From the NCBI GenBank assembly GCA_049653745.1, contig JBASGW010000031.1, positions 38,048-102,047 of the forward strand: 64,000 nt of DNA. Direction: 5' to 3'. The notes beneath the pieces are model-generated. The model saw nothing but the letters and a program-made list of their open reading frames with translations, searched no databases and was not told the DNA's origin. The translations under genes were made by a program, and so were the position numbers. Below, piece after piece: positions 29,713 to 39,495 of this stretch; positions within the stretch are counted from its first letter, which is position 1; each line of letters starts with the position of its first letter. The DNA is from Rickettsiales bacterium (GTDB lineage: Bacteria; Pseudomonadota; Alphaproteobacteria; Rickettsiales; CANDYO01).

Positions 29713-30742
29713 TTTTAAACTCTTTAATATAATTAACTAAAAATTCCACATTTTTTACTGGTGTTTTAGGAACCACTCCATGGCCTAAATTAAAAATAAA
29801 TCTTTGATGATCTATATTTTCTAAAACTTTATCTATTCTATTTTTTATAAAATCCTGTGATTCACTTAACAATACTAATGGATCTAAATTACCCTGAATT
29901 ATTTTTCCATTACTATGATTTTTAATCCAGGATAGTGGCATATATTGATCTACACTAATTGCATCGCAATCAACTTGATCACAAAATTTTTCATATTGTA
30001 ACCCGCTCATCCTTGGAAAGCAAATAATAGGAATATTTGGAATTGCTTTTCTTACATTTTCTATAATTTTTTGATTTGGTTTAATAACCAATTGTTCATA
30101 ATCTTCTTCAATAAGCACACCGGCCCAACTATCAAATAATTGTAATATCTCCGCTCCAGCCTTAGCTTGGTTAATAAGATGATTAGAGATTTGCTCAATA
30201 AGACATTCAATTAAACTATCGATAAATAGTCTATCATTATAATATGTTGATTTAATTTTAAAGAAATCTTTAGATAATTTTCCTTCAACTATATAAGAAG
30301 CAATAGTCCATGGAGCTCCTGCAAAACCAATTAAAGCTACTTCATTAGGTAGTTTTTCTTTAGTATTCTTTATTGCTTGATATACTTTTTCTAATTTTTT
30401 TAAATTTTTATTTTCTAAAATTTTATTAAATTGTTCTAAGTTACTAACTGGATCTAATATAGGACCTTGATTTTCTTCAAATCTTAAATTTATTCCCATA
30501 CTATCTGGAATTACTAAAATATCTGAAAAAATTATTGCAGCGTCTAAAAATTTGAATCTTTTTATTGGTTGTAGAGTTGCTTCACAAGCAAAATTAGGTT
30601 CGTAGCAAAAATTCAAAAAATTACTATTTTGCTTTCGGAGTTCTTGATATTCAGGTAAATATCTACCTGCTTGTCGCATTAACCATATAGGAATATGGGT
30701 ATTTTTTTTAGATTTATTTAGCAATTCTAATAATGTTTTCAT
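29705..30742 (-). CDS. hemE: Uroporphyrinogen decarboxylase
   Basis: PIWLMRQAGRYLPEY signature with full-length similarity. The ATG at 30742 is preferred; the codon at 30745 is GTG. Confidence 0.92.
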   Translation of the reverse strand: MKTLLELLNKSKKNTHIPIWLMRQAGRYLPEYQELRKQNSNFLNFCYEPNFACEATLQPIKRFKFLDAAIIFSDILVIPDSMGINLRFEENQGPILDPVSNLEQFNKILENKNLKKLEKVYQAIKNTKEKLPNEVALIGFAGAPWTIASYIVEGKLSKDFFKIKSTYYNDRLFIDSLIECLIEQISNHLINQAKAGAEILQLFDSWAGVLIEEDYEQLVIKPNQKIIENVRKAIPNIPIICFPRMSGLQYEKFCDQVDCDAISVDQYMPLSWIKNHSNGKIIQGNLDPLVLLSESQDFIKNRIDKVLENIDHQRFIFNLGHGVVPKTPVKNVEFLVNYIKEFKIE

Positions 30743-30830
30743 CACTTACATTTAATATTATATTTATAATAAATAGATAATAGTAGTAGATATTCTTCTG
30801 TATAATGTGGATTAAATTATATCCACCTAG

Positions 30831-30839
30831 TTATCCACA
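30831..30839 (+). promoter_or_regulatory. DnaA box (perfect TTATCCACA)
   Basis: Exact match to the consensus, read directly from the sequence. Confidence 0.75.
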
Positions 30840-31040
30840 TTTATTTGTAACAAATTTAAAATGAAAGATCTAGATTATAATGCTATTTGGAAATAGAATT
30901 AAGAAAAATATAAACATTAACCACAAGTATATAAATTTAATATCAACATGTGTATTTATCTATTATACTAACTTAGTAAATTACTGATTATATTAAAAAT
31001 TAAATTATACAGATTATAGTGCACATACTTATACAGAGAT

Positions 31041-31049
31041 TTATCCACA
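31041..31049 (+). promoter_or_regulatory. DnaA box (perfect TTATCCACA)
   Basis: Exact match to the consensus, 11 nt upstream of the DUF299 gene start. Confidence 0.75.
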
Positions 31050-31059
31050 AGAGAAAAAA

Positions 31060-31899
31060 ATGAATAAAAAAATACATGTATATCTAGTATCTGATTCCAC
31101 AGGAGAGACTGTTTTAAGTGTTGCAAGATCGGCTTTAGCTCATTTCGATGGATTGTTAATAGAAGAGCATCTATGGTCTTTAGTTAGAACCAAAGGGCAA
31201 ATAGATAAATTAGCAAAAGAGATAGAAAGAGAACATGGAATTGTTATGTTCACTCTAGTAAATGAAGAATTAAGGAATTATTTACTAGAAATTTGTGCAA
31301 AGTTCCACGTATTATCAATACCGGTTCTATCAGAAGTTGTTAATTCCTTAGCTAATTATTTAGAAGTTAAAGTAACTAATCAGCCAGGAAGACAGCATTC
31401 TATGGATGAGGATTATTTTAAAAGAATGAGTGCAATAAATTTTGCTTTAACTCATGACGATGGTCAATCTCACTTCGATTTAAACAAAGCTGATATAATA
31501 TTAATAGGTCCTTCAAGAACTTCAAAATCTCCAACTTCAATTTATTTAGCTTATAGAGGTTATAAAACAGCAAATATACCTTTTGTATTAGGACAAAATC
31601 TTCCTGAAGTTTTAAATAACTTAGAAAATCCTTCAACTTTGATTGTGGGCTTATTGATTAATACAGGAAGATTAATTGAAATTAGAAAAAGTAGATTGGT
31701 AAATTTAAACGAAGTTAGAAATTATAACTATATTGATATAGAATTAGTTGAAGAAGAAATTTTAGAGGCCAAAAAGTTATATCAAAAAAATAATTGGCCA
31801 GTTATGGATGTTACAAGAAAATCTGTAGAAGAAATAGCTGCTAATATCATTACAATGTTTAAACTACGACAAGAAAAAATATCGAATGGTTTAGTATGA
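31060..31899 (+). CDS. Pyruvate,phosphate dikinase / PEP synthase regulatory protein (DUF299, RP001 homolog)
   Basis: 279 aa. VYLVSDSTGET N-terminus and the P-loop-like IGPSRTSKSPTS are typical of the PpsR/PDRP family. Confidence 0.8.
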   Translation: MNKKIHVYLVSDSTGETVLSVARSALAHFDGLLIEEHLWSLVRTKGQIDKLAKEIEREHGIVMFTLVNEELRNYLLEICAKFHVLSIPVLSEVVNSLANYLEVKVTNQPGRQHSMDEDYFKRMSAINFALTHDDGQSHFDLNKADIILIGPSRTSKSPTSIYLAYRGYKTANIPFVLGQNLPEVLNNLENPSTLIVGLLINTGRLIEIRKSRLVNLNEVRNYNYIDIELVEEEILEAKKLYQKNNWPVMDVTRKSVEEIAANIITMFKLRQEKISNGLV

Positions 31900-32480
31900 A
31901 AATATTAGGTTTAACAGGATCAATAGCTACAGGAAAAAGTTTTGTAGCGCTTTTTTTTAGAAAAAAACAGATAGAAGTTTTTTCTTCGGATATAGAAGTG
32001 GGGAATTTGCTAAAAGAAAGGGAAGTTATAGAACAAATAAGTGAAGTTATTGATCTATCTATTTCTATAAAAAATAATCAAATTGATAAACATAATTTAT
32101 CTAAAATTGTATTTAAAAATGAAAGCGCTCTTAAAAAATTAGAAGAGATTCTCCATCCTTTGGTTGAAAAAAAGATGCAAGAATTCATAAATAATAACAA
32201 AGATAAAAAGATAGTTTTATTGGAAATACCGCTTCTTTTTGAAAGAGGTCACCAATCTTATTGCAACAAAATTATTACTACATATTGTAGTGAAAAAATT
32301 CAAATTCAAAGAGCATTAAGACGTAAAAATATTAATAATGAAAGATTAAGCTTTATAATGAAGAAACAATTACCTAGTAAAAGCAAAGCTCAATTGACAG
32401 ATTATTTGGTTTATACTGATATTTCTTATGATTATACTGAACAACAGTTAAAACAAATTTTAGAAAAAGAATTAATATGA
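31896..32480 (+). CDS. coaE: Dephospho-CoA kinase
   Basis: LGLTGSIATGKS P-loop; 194 aa; overlaps both neighbours by 4 nt. Confidence 0.88.
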   Translation: MKILGLTGSIATGKSFVALFFRKKQIEVFSSDIEVGNLLKEREVIEQISEVIDLSISIKNNQIDKHNLSKIVFKNESALKKLEEILHPLVEKKMQEFINNNKDKKIVLLEIPLLFERGHQSYCNKIITTYCSEKIQIQRALRRKNINNERLSFIMKKQLPSKSKAQLTDYLVYTDISYDYTEQQLKQILEKELI

Positions 32481-33157
32481 TAAAAAGAGAAATTATTTTA
32501 GATACTGAAACAACAGGATTAAGACCTGAAAATGGCCATAAATTAATAGAAATTTGTGGAATGGAAGTGATAAATGGAGTAAAAACGGGAGAGGTGTTTC
32601 ATCATTATGTAAACCCTTTAAGAGACGTTCCCATGGAAGCTTATAAAATCCACGGAATTGCTACAGAGTTTTTGTTAGATAAAAAAACTTTTCCTCAAAT
32701 ATCCGAAATATTTGTTAATTTTATTGAAGGTGCAAAATTAGTTATCCATAATGCTAAATTTGATGTTGGTTTTTTAAATTATGAATTAAAAGCCTCAGGA
32801 TTGCCAACTATTAAGTTTGAAAATGTAATTGACACTTTAGATATAGCTAGAAAAAAATATCCAGGATCTCCAGCAAGTTTAGATGCGTTATGCAAAAGAT
32901 TTAAAGTAAATTTAGATAAAAGAGATAAACATGGAGCTCTAATTGATGTAGAGTTATTATATGAAGTTTATCGATATCTCTGTGAAGATCATTTACTAAT
33001 AAAAACAGAAACTAAAAAAGATCTTGAAATTATTAGTAATATAAATGTTACTAATAAAACTTATAGAAAATCTAGAAACTATAGTTGTACAGAAGAAGAA
33101 TTATCTGCACATGAGGAGTTTCTTAAAAAAATAAAAGAACCAATATGGCATAACTAA
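32477..33157 (+). CDS. dnaQ: DNA polymerase III epsilon subunit (3'-5' exonuclease)
   Basis: Exo I ILDTETTG, Exo II HNAKFDVGFL and Exo III HGALIDVELL motifs. Confidence 0.92.
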   Translation: MIKREIILDTETTGLRPENGHKLIEICGMEVINGVKTGEVFHHYVNPLRDVPMEAYKIHGIATEFLLDKKTFPQISEIFVNFIEGAKLVIHNAKFDVGFLNYELKASGLPTIKFENVIDTLDIARKKYPGSPASLDALCKRFKVNLDKRDKHGALIDVELLYEVYRYLCEDHLLIKTETKKDLEIISNINVTNKTYRKSRNYSCTEEELSAHEEFLKKIKEPIWHN

Positions 33158-33169
33158 AAAGAGAATTTT

Positions 33170-33943
33170 ATGAAATTATTAAAAAAAATAACCCTAATAA
33201 CCTATGCTTGTTTTTTTATTTTAGCTTGCGCTAAAGATAAAGAAGATACATTGGCAAAGTTAACACCAGAACAACTATATAGTGAAGGAATGAAGCTGCT
33301 TAAAAAGCAAGAATTTAAATCCTCTGTAAAATACTTTGAAAGAATAAATCAAGAGTATCCTTATTCACCATTAGCAGCAAATTCTCAATTAATGGAAAGC
33401 TATGCTTACTATAGAACAGCTAAATTTGAATATGCAATAGCAGCACTTGACGATTATATAATTTTATACCCAGGAGAAAAGAGCATAGAATATGCCTATT
33501 ACCTAAGGGCTCTTTGCTATTATGATGAAATTGTTAGTATAAATTTAGATCAATTGATAACAGAAAAAGCTAAAGATGCTCTAACCGAGCTTATAAATAA
33601 ATTTCCTGATAGTGAATATTCACGCGATGCTAGATTTAAACTTAATTTAGTTCTTGATCATTTAGCAGGAAAAGAGATGGAAGTGGGTAGATTCTATCTA
33701 AAGAAAGGCGATCTGATAGCTTCTATCAATAGATTTAAAATAGTTGTTGAACAATATCAAACTACTTCACATATTGAAGAAGCTTTGTACCGCTTAACGG
33801 TTTGCTATAATACTTTAGGAGTTAAAGATGAAGCAAAAAAATATGCGGCAGTTCTAGGAAATAATTATCCAGAAAGCAAATGGTATAAATATAGTTATCA
33901 GTTATTAATGGAAAAGAATGCTACAACTTCTCAAAATAAATAA
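33170..33943 (+). CDS. bamD: Outer-membrane protein assembly factor BamD (YfiO lipoprotein)
   Basis: Lipobox-like FILAC after the signal peptide, then TPR-like repeats with the ...YPYSPLA... and ..FPDSEYSRDA.. motifs typical of BamD. Confidence 0.85.
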   Translation: MKLLKKITLITYACFFILACAKDKEDTLAKLTPEQLYSEGMKLLKKQEFKSSVKYFERINQEYPYSPLAANSQLMESYAYYRTAKFEYAIAALDDYIILYPGEKSIEYAYYLRALCYYDEIVSINLDQLITEKAKDALTELINKFPDSEYSRDARFKLNLVLDHLAGKEMEVGRFYLKKGDLIASINRFKIVVEQYQTTSHIEEALYRLTVCYNTLGVKDEAKKYAAVLGNNYPESKWYKYSYQLLMEKNATTSQNK

Positions 33944-35555
33944 TTTTTTGCTCTTTAAAAATCAAGAAGTATCTTTTAATGGAGATTTTACAGCTATTAC
34001 TGGTGAAACAGGAGCTGGAAAGTCTATGTTGATCAAAGCTTTAAGATTTGTCCTTGGAGAGAAGGTAGATAACCTTGAAGCTGAAAAAGAGTCTTCGGTG
34101 ATTGCACAATTTGAACTAAATAATAATCATGATTTAATAAATGAAATTTTAAATGAAAATGATATTGAGTTAGATCAAGGATCTATAATTTTAAGAAGAA
34201 TTTTAGGCCCTGGAAATAAAAATAAAGTTTTTGTTAATGATGTGCCAGTAACTCTCAACTTTTTAAAAAAACTTAGCAATGAATTAGTAGAGTTTCATTC
34301 ACAACATAAGCAACTAGAAGCCTTTAATCAAAGTAATAGCTTAAATATTATAGATCAGTTTAATTCTGATAATTCTCTTCGAACAAGCGTTGCTAATCTT
34401 TATCAAGGAATAACTAAATTATCTTTAGAAATTGAAGAAATAATCCAAGAAAAAAGTGAATTGGAGAAAGATAAAGATTATATAGAACATAGCTTTAAGG
34501 AAATTAATGCTTTAGATTTAAAAGAAAATGAAGAAACTGACTTAATAGAAAAGAAAAAATTATTTAATGATAAAATAAAAATAACTAATGTTATCCAAGA
34601 ATTATCAACTATTTTTTCAGAACAAGATAAGGTAATTTCTAAATTAATAAGAATTCAAAGAGAAATAATTAAGTTAGATCTTGCTCAAGAACTAGAAGAG
34701 AAAATAGAAAAAACACTTTCTTGTATTAATGAATTAGAAAGCGCTGCAGATAAAAAGCTAAGAGAAATTGGCTTAGAAGATAATATTGAAAATATTGAAG
34801 AGCGTTTGTCTAAAATTAAAGAATTAGCCAGAAAATATCGTTGCACTTCTGAGCAGCTTTTAAATATCAGTCAAGAACAGCAAAGTAAATTACAAAAATT
34901 AGAAAGTATAAATGAGTTGATTGATTCTAAAACGATAGAAAAAGAAAAGCTATTAAAAGAATATTTCAATATAGCTGAAAAACTCTCAAATATGAGAAAG
35001 CAATCAGCAAAATATTTAGAGACTAAGATATTAGAAGAATTAAAATTATTAAAACTAGAACAAGTAGATTTTAAAATAGAGTTAACTAAAGATGCCATTC
35101 GTCCTATAGGGATAAAAGGCATTGATCAGGCCAAGTTTTTAATTAGAACCAATCAAGGATTTAATTTTGCTCAAGTTAATGAAGTTGCCTCTGGTGGAGA
35201 ACTATCAAGAATAATGCTAGCTTTTAAAGTGGCTTTAGCTCAAAGTAATCAGAAAAATACTATTATTTTTGATGAAATTGATACTGGAACAGGAGGCGCT
35301 GTGGCTCAAACTATTGGCAATAGAATGAAAAAGTTAGCTGAAAATAATCAAATTATTACCATCTCTCACCAGCCTCAAGTGACCGCAAAAGCAGATCAGC
35401 ATTTATTAGTAGAAAAAATAACTGATAAAACAACTCAAACTAAAGTTAAAGATTTAAATAGAGAAGAAAGGGTTGAAGAGATAGCTAGAATGTTAGCTGG
35501 AATAAATGTTACTGAAACAGCTAGACAAGCTGCAATCAGTTTAATTGATGGTTAA
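33918..35555 (+). CDS. recN: DNA repair protein RecN
   Basis: N-terminal Walker A GETGAGKSM, a long coiled-coil middle section, and C-terminal ASGGELSRIMLA and FDEIDTG. Confidence 0.9.
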   Translation: MLQLLKINNFLLFKNQEVSFNGDFTAITGETGAGKSMLIKALRFVLGEKVDNLEAEKESSVIAQFELNNNHDLINEILNENDIELDQGSIILRRILGPGNKNKVFVNDVPVTLNFLKKLSNELVEFHSQHKQLEAFNQSNSLNIIDQFNSDNSLRTSVANLYQGITKLSLEIEEIIQEKSELEKDKDYIEHSFKEINALDLKENEETDLIEKKKLFNDKIKITNVIQELSTIFSEQDKVISKLIRIQREIIKLDLAQELEEKIEKTLSCINELESAADKKLREIGLEDNIENIEERLSKIKELARKYRCTSEQLLNISQEQQSKLQKLESINELIDSKTIEKEKLLKEYFNIAEKLSNMRKQSAKYLETKILEELKLLKLEQVDFKIELTKDAIRPIGIKGIDQAKFLIRTNQGFNFAQVNEVASGGELSRIMLAFKVALAQSNQKNTIIFDEIDTGTGGAVAQTIGNRMKKLAENNQIITISHQPQVTAKADQHLLVEKITDKTTQTKVKDLNREERVEEIARMLAGINVTETARQAAISLIDG

Positions 35556-35597
35556 TTTTCTTAAGATAATTATATTGCTTAGTAAGTTCAATAAATA

Positions 35598-36503
35598 TTA
35601 AAGCAAATTTTCTGCAAATTCTTTAGCAGAGAAGGGGCGTAAATCATCTATCCCTTCGCCAACCCCAATGGCAAAAAGAGGGATTTTATATTTACGTGCT
35701 ATGGCTACAATAATTCCACCCTTAGCAGTACCATCTAGTTTGGTAACGATTAAACCATCAATTTTAGTTATAGCCTGGAACTTTTCCAATTGAGTTAAAG
35801 CATTTTGACCGGTGGTGGCATCAAGGACCATTATAATTTCAGGTTTTATAGCGCTATCAATTTTTTCTACAACTTTAATTATTTTGGCTAGCTCAGCCAT
35901 TAAGTGGTCTTTATTATGAAGTCTTCCAGCAGTATCTAATAAAAGTAAATCTACATTGCTATCTATTGCTTCTTTTACAGCTTTAAAGGCAACGCTAGCA
36001 GGGTCTGCGTTATGAGATCCAGTAATAATGGGTAAGTTAAGACGCTTTGCCCAAACTTCAAGTTGATCAACTGCAGCGGCTCTAAAAGTATCACAAGCTG
36101 CAAGCATTATAGACTTTCCTTGTTGTTGATAATAATGAGCTAATTTAGCAATACTGGTTGTTTTTCCATTGCCGTTAACTCCACACATTATCAAAATTTT
36201 TGGTTTAGTGGAGAAATCTATTTCTTTGCCTGTTAGGGGAGTTAAAATATCAGCTATTATCTGTGCAAGGGTAATTTTAATTTGTTCTTCGGTAACTTCT
36301 TTTTCGAAACGATTTTTAGCAACTAACTCTTTAACCAAATGGGCTGAAAGCTCTACGCCCATATCAGCGCTAATAAGCAAATCTTCTAATTCTTCAGCTG
36401 TTTGTTGGTCTAGCTTGCGTTTATTGAAGATGTTATCAATGCCGGTTGCAATTTTGGAGGAGGTTTTAGCAAGACCTATTTTTAATTTGCTTAACCAGCT
36501 CAT
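35598..36503 (-). CDS. ftsY: Signal recognition particle receptor FtsY (short form lacking the A domain)
   Basis: GVNGNGKTT, DTAGR and TKLDGTAKGG are the SRP-GTPase motifs. Confidence 0.92.
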   Translation of the reverse strand: MSWLSKLKIGLAKTSSKIATGIDNIFNKRKLDQQTAEELEDLLISADMGVELSAHLVKELVAKNRFEKEVTEEQIKITLAQIIADILTPLTGKEIDFSTKPKILIMCGVNGNGKTTSIAKLAHYYQQQGKSIMLAACDTFRAAAVDQLEVWAKRLNLPIITGSHNADPASVAFKAVKEAIDSNVDLLLLDTAGRLHNKDHLMAELAKIIKVVEKIDSAIKPEIIMVLDATTGQNALTQLEKFQAITKIDGLIVTKLDGTAKGGIIVAIARKYKIPLFAIGVGEGIDDLRPFSAKEFAENLL

Positions 36504-36506
36504 AAT

Positions 36507-37136
36507 TTATTTCAGCTTTGGTGCTTCACGCTTACTAATAATTTCATCAATAAGGCCAAAATCTTTAGCTGCTTGTGGAGACATAAAGTTATCACGTTCC
36601 ATTGATTGTTCCACCACAGAGAGTTCTTTACCTGTATGGTGAGCATAAATATTGTTTAATTTATGTTTTATATCAAGCATTTCTTTTAAATGAATCTCAG
36701 CATCGGTAGCTTGGCCTCTAAATCCACCCAGAACTTGATGAATCATAATTCTAGAATTAGGCAAAGAATAGCGCATTCCAGCTTCCCCAGCAGCCAATAA
36801 TAAAGATCCACAAGAACAAGCTTGTCCTATGCAAATAGTTGATACTTTAGGCTTAATATATTGCATGGTATCATACATGGCTAAGGCTGAAGTTACTACC
36901 CCACCAGGTGAATTAATATACATAGCTATGTCTTTATCAGGATTTTCAGCTTCTAGGAACAATAATTGAGCAACAACCAAAGAAGACATATTATCGTCAA
37001 CTTGACCATTTATAAAAATGATTCTTTCTTTTAAAAGTCTTGAAAAAATATCATAAGCTCTTTCGCCGCGGCTGGATTGTTCCACGACCATAGGAACTAA
37101 ATTCATAGCAGTTCTTATATGTTCAGACATAATCAT
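36507..37136 (-). CDS. clpP: ATP-dependent Clp protease proteolytic subunit
   Basis: [28 protein letters not shown], active-site Ser context [11 protein letters not shown], and IMIHQ. Confidence 0.95.
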   Translation of the reverse strand: MIMSEHIRTAMNLVPMVVEQSSRGERAYDIFSRLLKERIIFINGQVDDNMSSLVVAQLLFLEAENPDKDIAMYINSPGGVVTSALAMYDTMQYIKPKVSTICIGQACSCGSLLLAAGEAGMRYSLPNSRIMIHQVLGGFRGQATDAEIHLKEMLDIKHKLNNIYAHHTGKELSVVEQSMERDNFMSPQAAKDFGLIDEIISKREAPKLK

Positions 37137-37194
37137 CCTAAAATAATAGTTACAAGGTTTGTCGTATGGCTAGCATAAGCTATAGCTTTATATC

Positions 37195-38589
37195 TTATAT
37201 TTCATCTAAGGTTAGTAAATCTTTTACCTTGATAGCTTTATCTATAGTTTTTATTGATTTGAGTAAATGTTTTACAACTTTTTCTTCAAGAACCGGCCCT
37301 CTTAAGCTTTCAACAGCATTTGGGTTCTTGGTATAATACTCAATAATTGCTTGAGAAGCAGCAGGATTTGCCATTGCTTGAGCGCGAATTACTTCTATTA
37401 AATCTTGTTGTTCTATTTTTATATTATATTCTTTAGCCATCTGAGATAGAAGTATGCCAAGCTTAACACGACGGTTAGCTAATTTAGTATATTCTTCTCT
37501 TAGTTCTGCTTCTGGTTTATCAATTTCTTCAGATTTATTTTTAATCATTTCTTCAACATTTTTCCATAAATGATTAAATTCTTCGTCGAGCATCATTTGA
37601 GGTATGTTGAATTTACAAACTGAATCTAGTTTATCAAATAATTTAGTTTTTATACGAACTAAACTCTTTTCAGAACATTCTTTTTCTAAACCTTCTTTGA
37701 TTCTTTTATTCAATTCTTCAACTGAAGGAAAACCAACGGCCTTAGCAAATTCTTCGTCAGAAGATAAGGTTGAAGCTGTGTGAATTTCATTGATGGTAAC
37801 ATCAAATTCAGCTGCTTTACCTGCATAATTTTTTTCATGATAATCTTTAGGGAAAGTAACTTTAACAAGCACTTTATCACCAGCTTTATGTTTTAAAAGT
37901 TGATCTTCAAAATTATCAATAAAACTTTTACTACCTAACTCAAGAGTGTGATTTTTAGATGTTCCTCCAGGGAATGCCACTCCATCTATTTTACCTTCAA
38001 AATCTATAATTACTTTGTCGCCTTTTTGAGAACTATGCTTTGCTTCAGCTTTGCTATAATTCTTATGATTTTGCATTAAAGCTTTTGCTTTCTCAGAAAT
38101 ATCAGCATCTGATATTTCATAAGCTGGTGTTTCAATCTCTAATTTAGACAAATCAGGTAAATCAAATTTAGGCATTAAAATTAAAGTTACTTCAAACTCA
38201 AGCCCTTTTTCAAGACTAAAATGTTTTAGATCTATTTTAGGAGAAATAGCTAATTCTCTTCCAATTTGATTTACAGCATTTTGTACAGAAGAGTTAATAG
38301 TTTCGTTTAAAATTTCTTTAGTTAGCTCAGACTGATGCTGCTTCCAAACCATATTGATTGGAGCTTTTCCTGCTCTAAAGCCTTTTAGGTTAGTATTTTT
38401 AGCAATAAAGGCTAATTTAAAATCTTTAATCTTATTTAAAGCGTCAGAAGTTACATTAACGCTAAAGACATTTTTATCTTCTTCGTTAATGGAGGAGTTT
38501 ATAGTAGCGTTATTTTCGATAGTAGAACCATCATCATTAGAAAAGTTAATAGTTAGTTGATGATTTGCTTTAAAAATATCTAAACTCAT
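37195..38589 (-). CDS. tig: Trigger factor
   Basis: FRAGKAP motif, an FKBP-type middle domain (GDKVIIDFEGKIDGVAFPGG) and the position upstream of clpP. I set the start at MSLDIF (38589), because the longer ORF-track version to 38658 runs into the tRNA-Leu gene. Confidence 0.9.
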   Translation of the reverse strand: MSLDIFKANHQLTINFSNDDGSTIENNATINSSINEEDKNVFSVNVTSDALNKIKDFKLAFIAKNTNLKGFRAGKAPINMVWKQHQSELTKEILNETINSSVQNAVNQIGRELAISPKIDLKHFSLEKGLEFEVTLILMPKFDLPDLSKLEIETPAYEISDADISEKAKALMQNHKNYSKAEAKHSSQKGDKVIIDFEGKIDGVAFPGGTSKNHTLELGSKSFIDNFEDQLLKHKAGDKVLVKVTFPKDYHEKNYAGKAAEFDVTINEIHTASTLSSDEEFAKAVGFPSVEELNKRIKEGLEKECSEKSLVRIKTKLFDKLDSVCKFNIPQMMLDEEFNHLWKNVEEMIKNKSEEIDKPEAELREEYTKLANRRVKLGILLSQMAKEYNIKIEQQDLIEVIRAQAMANPAASQAIIEYYTKNPNAVESLRGPVLEEKVVKHLLKSIKTIDKAIKVKDLLTLDEI

Positions 38590-38626
38590 AATATCCACTG
38601 CCTTTAAAAATAGATTTTGTAGATTT

Positions 38627-38711
38627 TGGTGCGGATGGAGGGACTTGAACCCCCACAACTCTCGTTACTAGATTCTAAGTCTAGCGCGTCTACCAATTCC
38701 GCCACACCCGC
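38627..38711 (-). tRNA. tRNA-Leu (anticodon UAG)
   Basis: The reverse complement reads GCGGGTGTGGCGGAATTGGTAGACGCGCTAGACTTAGAATCTAG-TAACGAGAGTTGT-GGGGGTTCAAGTCCCTCCATCCGCACCA. It has a 7-bp acceptor stem, anticodon loop CTTAGAA, a long variable arm, a GTTCAAGTC T-loop and an encoded CCA. Confidence 0.9.
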
Positions 38712-38808
38712 ATATTCTAATTAAACATTAATTGAAGGTATAGCTTTTACCATATTGAAAAACTAAAAGCAAGCAGATCAAATGTTTTTAATTAAAAACA
38801 GATTAAAT

Positions 38809-39495
38809 TTATTTATTTTTACGCAAAAAGTCGCGATTAAAAATAAATAACTCCTTTCCAAATGTTTTATTATATACAATTTTATCAAGAATAAGATCTA
38901 TATCGCTTTCTTGGGTTGTTACAGTTATTTGTTTTAGTTCTATTTTTGGATAAGAAAATTTTAGAGTTAGAAGTAAAATTTCTCTAGATTGTTTAATATG
39001 CTCTTTTATAGTTACTTCAATGAAATGACTGTCTTTAGATACTTCAACAACATTGACATCTTTTAAATTTAAATTCTTACGAGAAAGTAATTGGATTGAT
39101 TCAATGTCAGAGTTAGCATAGCTTGTTTCATCTAAATCATAATCATAGAAGATAACTCTGTTTTCTTTCAATAACAGCAGCATTGGAGAGGGTGCTAAAT
39201 ATTCACAACGGATTTTATCCGGTTTGCTGATAAATATTTTTCCATAACGAATTCTACCATCTCTTGTAGATTGTTTAAACCCAGCAGAGAAAGTATCAAA
39301 GCTATTAAGATAAATGGAAATATTAGCTAATTCTTTATGATATGTAATATTCACAGAGGGTTTGGTCTGATCATCGCCAAAATATTTTTCTTTTGTAGTA
39401 GAGGCCAAGATAGAGCTGTTGTTAGTTGCTATGCATAATACAGAACATAAAGTTATAGAGCCAAAAATTAATAGGAGTTTAAATAAATAAGTCAT
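38809..39495 (-). CDS. lolA: Outer-membrane lipoprotein carrier protein LolA-like
   Basis: Signal peptide followed by SAGFKQS...GKIFISKPDKIRCEY, typical of the LolA fold family. Confidence 0.7.
   Translation of the reverse strand: MTYLFKLLLIFGSITLCSVLCIATNNSSILASTTKEKYFGDDQTKPSVNITYHKELANISIYLNSFDTFSAGFKQSTRDGRIRYGKIFISKPDKIRCEYLAPSPMLLLLKENRVIFYDYDLDETSYANSDIESIQLLSRKNLNLKDVNVVEVSKDSHFIEVTIKEHIKQSREILLLTLKFSYPKIELKQITVTTQESDIDLILDKIVYNKTFGKELFIFNRDFLRKNK

Larger units (their letters stand above)
30746..31059. other. Chromosomal replication origin (oriC) candidate
   Basis: Non-coding, extremely AT-rich 314-bp spacer between divergent hemE and the DUF299 (RP001-like) gene. Perfect DnaA boxes TTATCCACA lie at 30831-30839 and 31041-31049. 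Near-perfect boxes are TGTGGATTA (30806-30814, opposite strand), ATATCCACC (30819-30827) and TTAACCACA (30917-30925). The flanking order hemE / ori / RP001-like / coaE / dnaQ is the cluster conserved at Caulobacter and Rickettsia origins. Confidence 0.8.

Noticed and set aside
30746-31059. CtrA-binding sites (TTAA-N7-TTAA) and CcrM GANTC sites in the origin
   Set aside because: I listed every TTAA in the spacer (30752, 30812, 30856, 30899, 30917, 30937, 30993, 31000) and none are 11 nt apart start-to-start. I saw no GANTC either. CtrA control of this origin therefore cannot be claimed from sequence.
36169-36642. 157-aa ORF on the plus strand spanning the ftsY/clpP junction
   Set aside because: It is entirely antisense to two genes with unambiguous family motifs (FtsY GTPase, ClpP). 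Its low-complexity, Ser/Ile/Leu-rich translation is typical of shadow frames.
38590-38658. N-terminal 23-codon extension of trigger factor in the ORF track
   Set aside because: The extension runs into the tRNA-Leu gene (38627-38711) on the same strand. The internal Met (MSLDIF) gives a normal Tig N-terminus.
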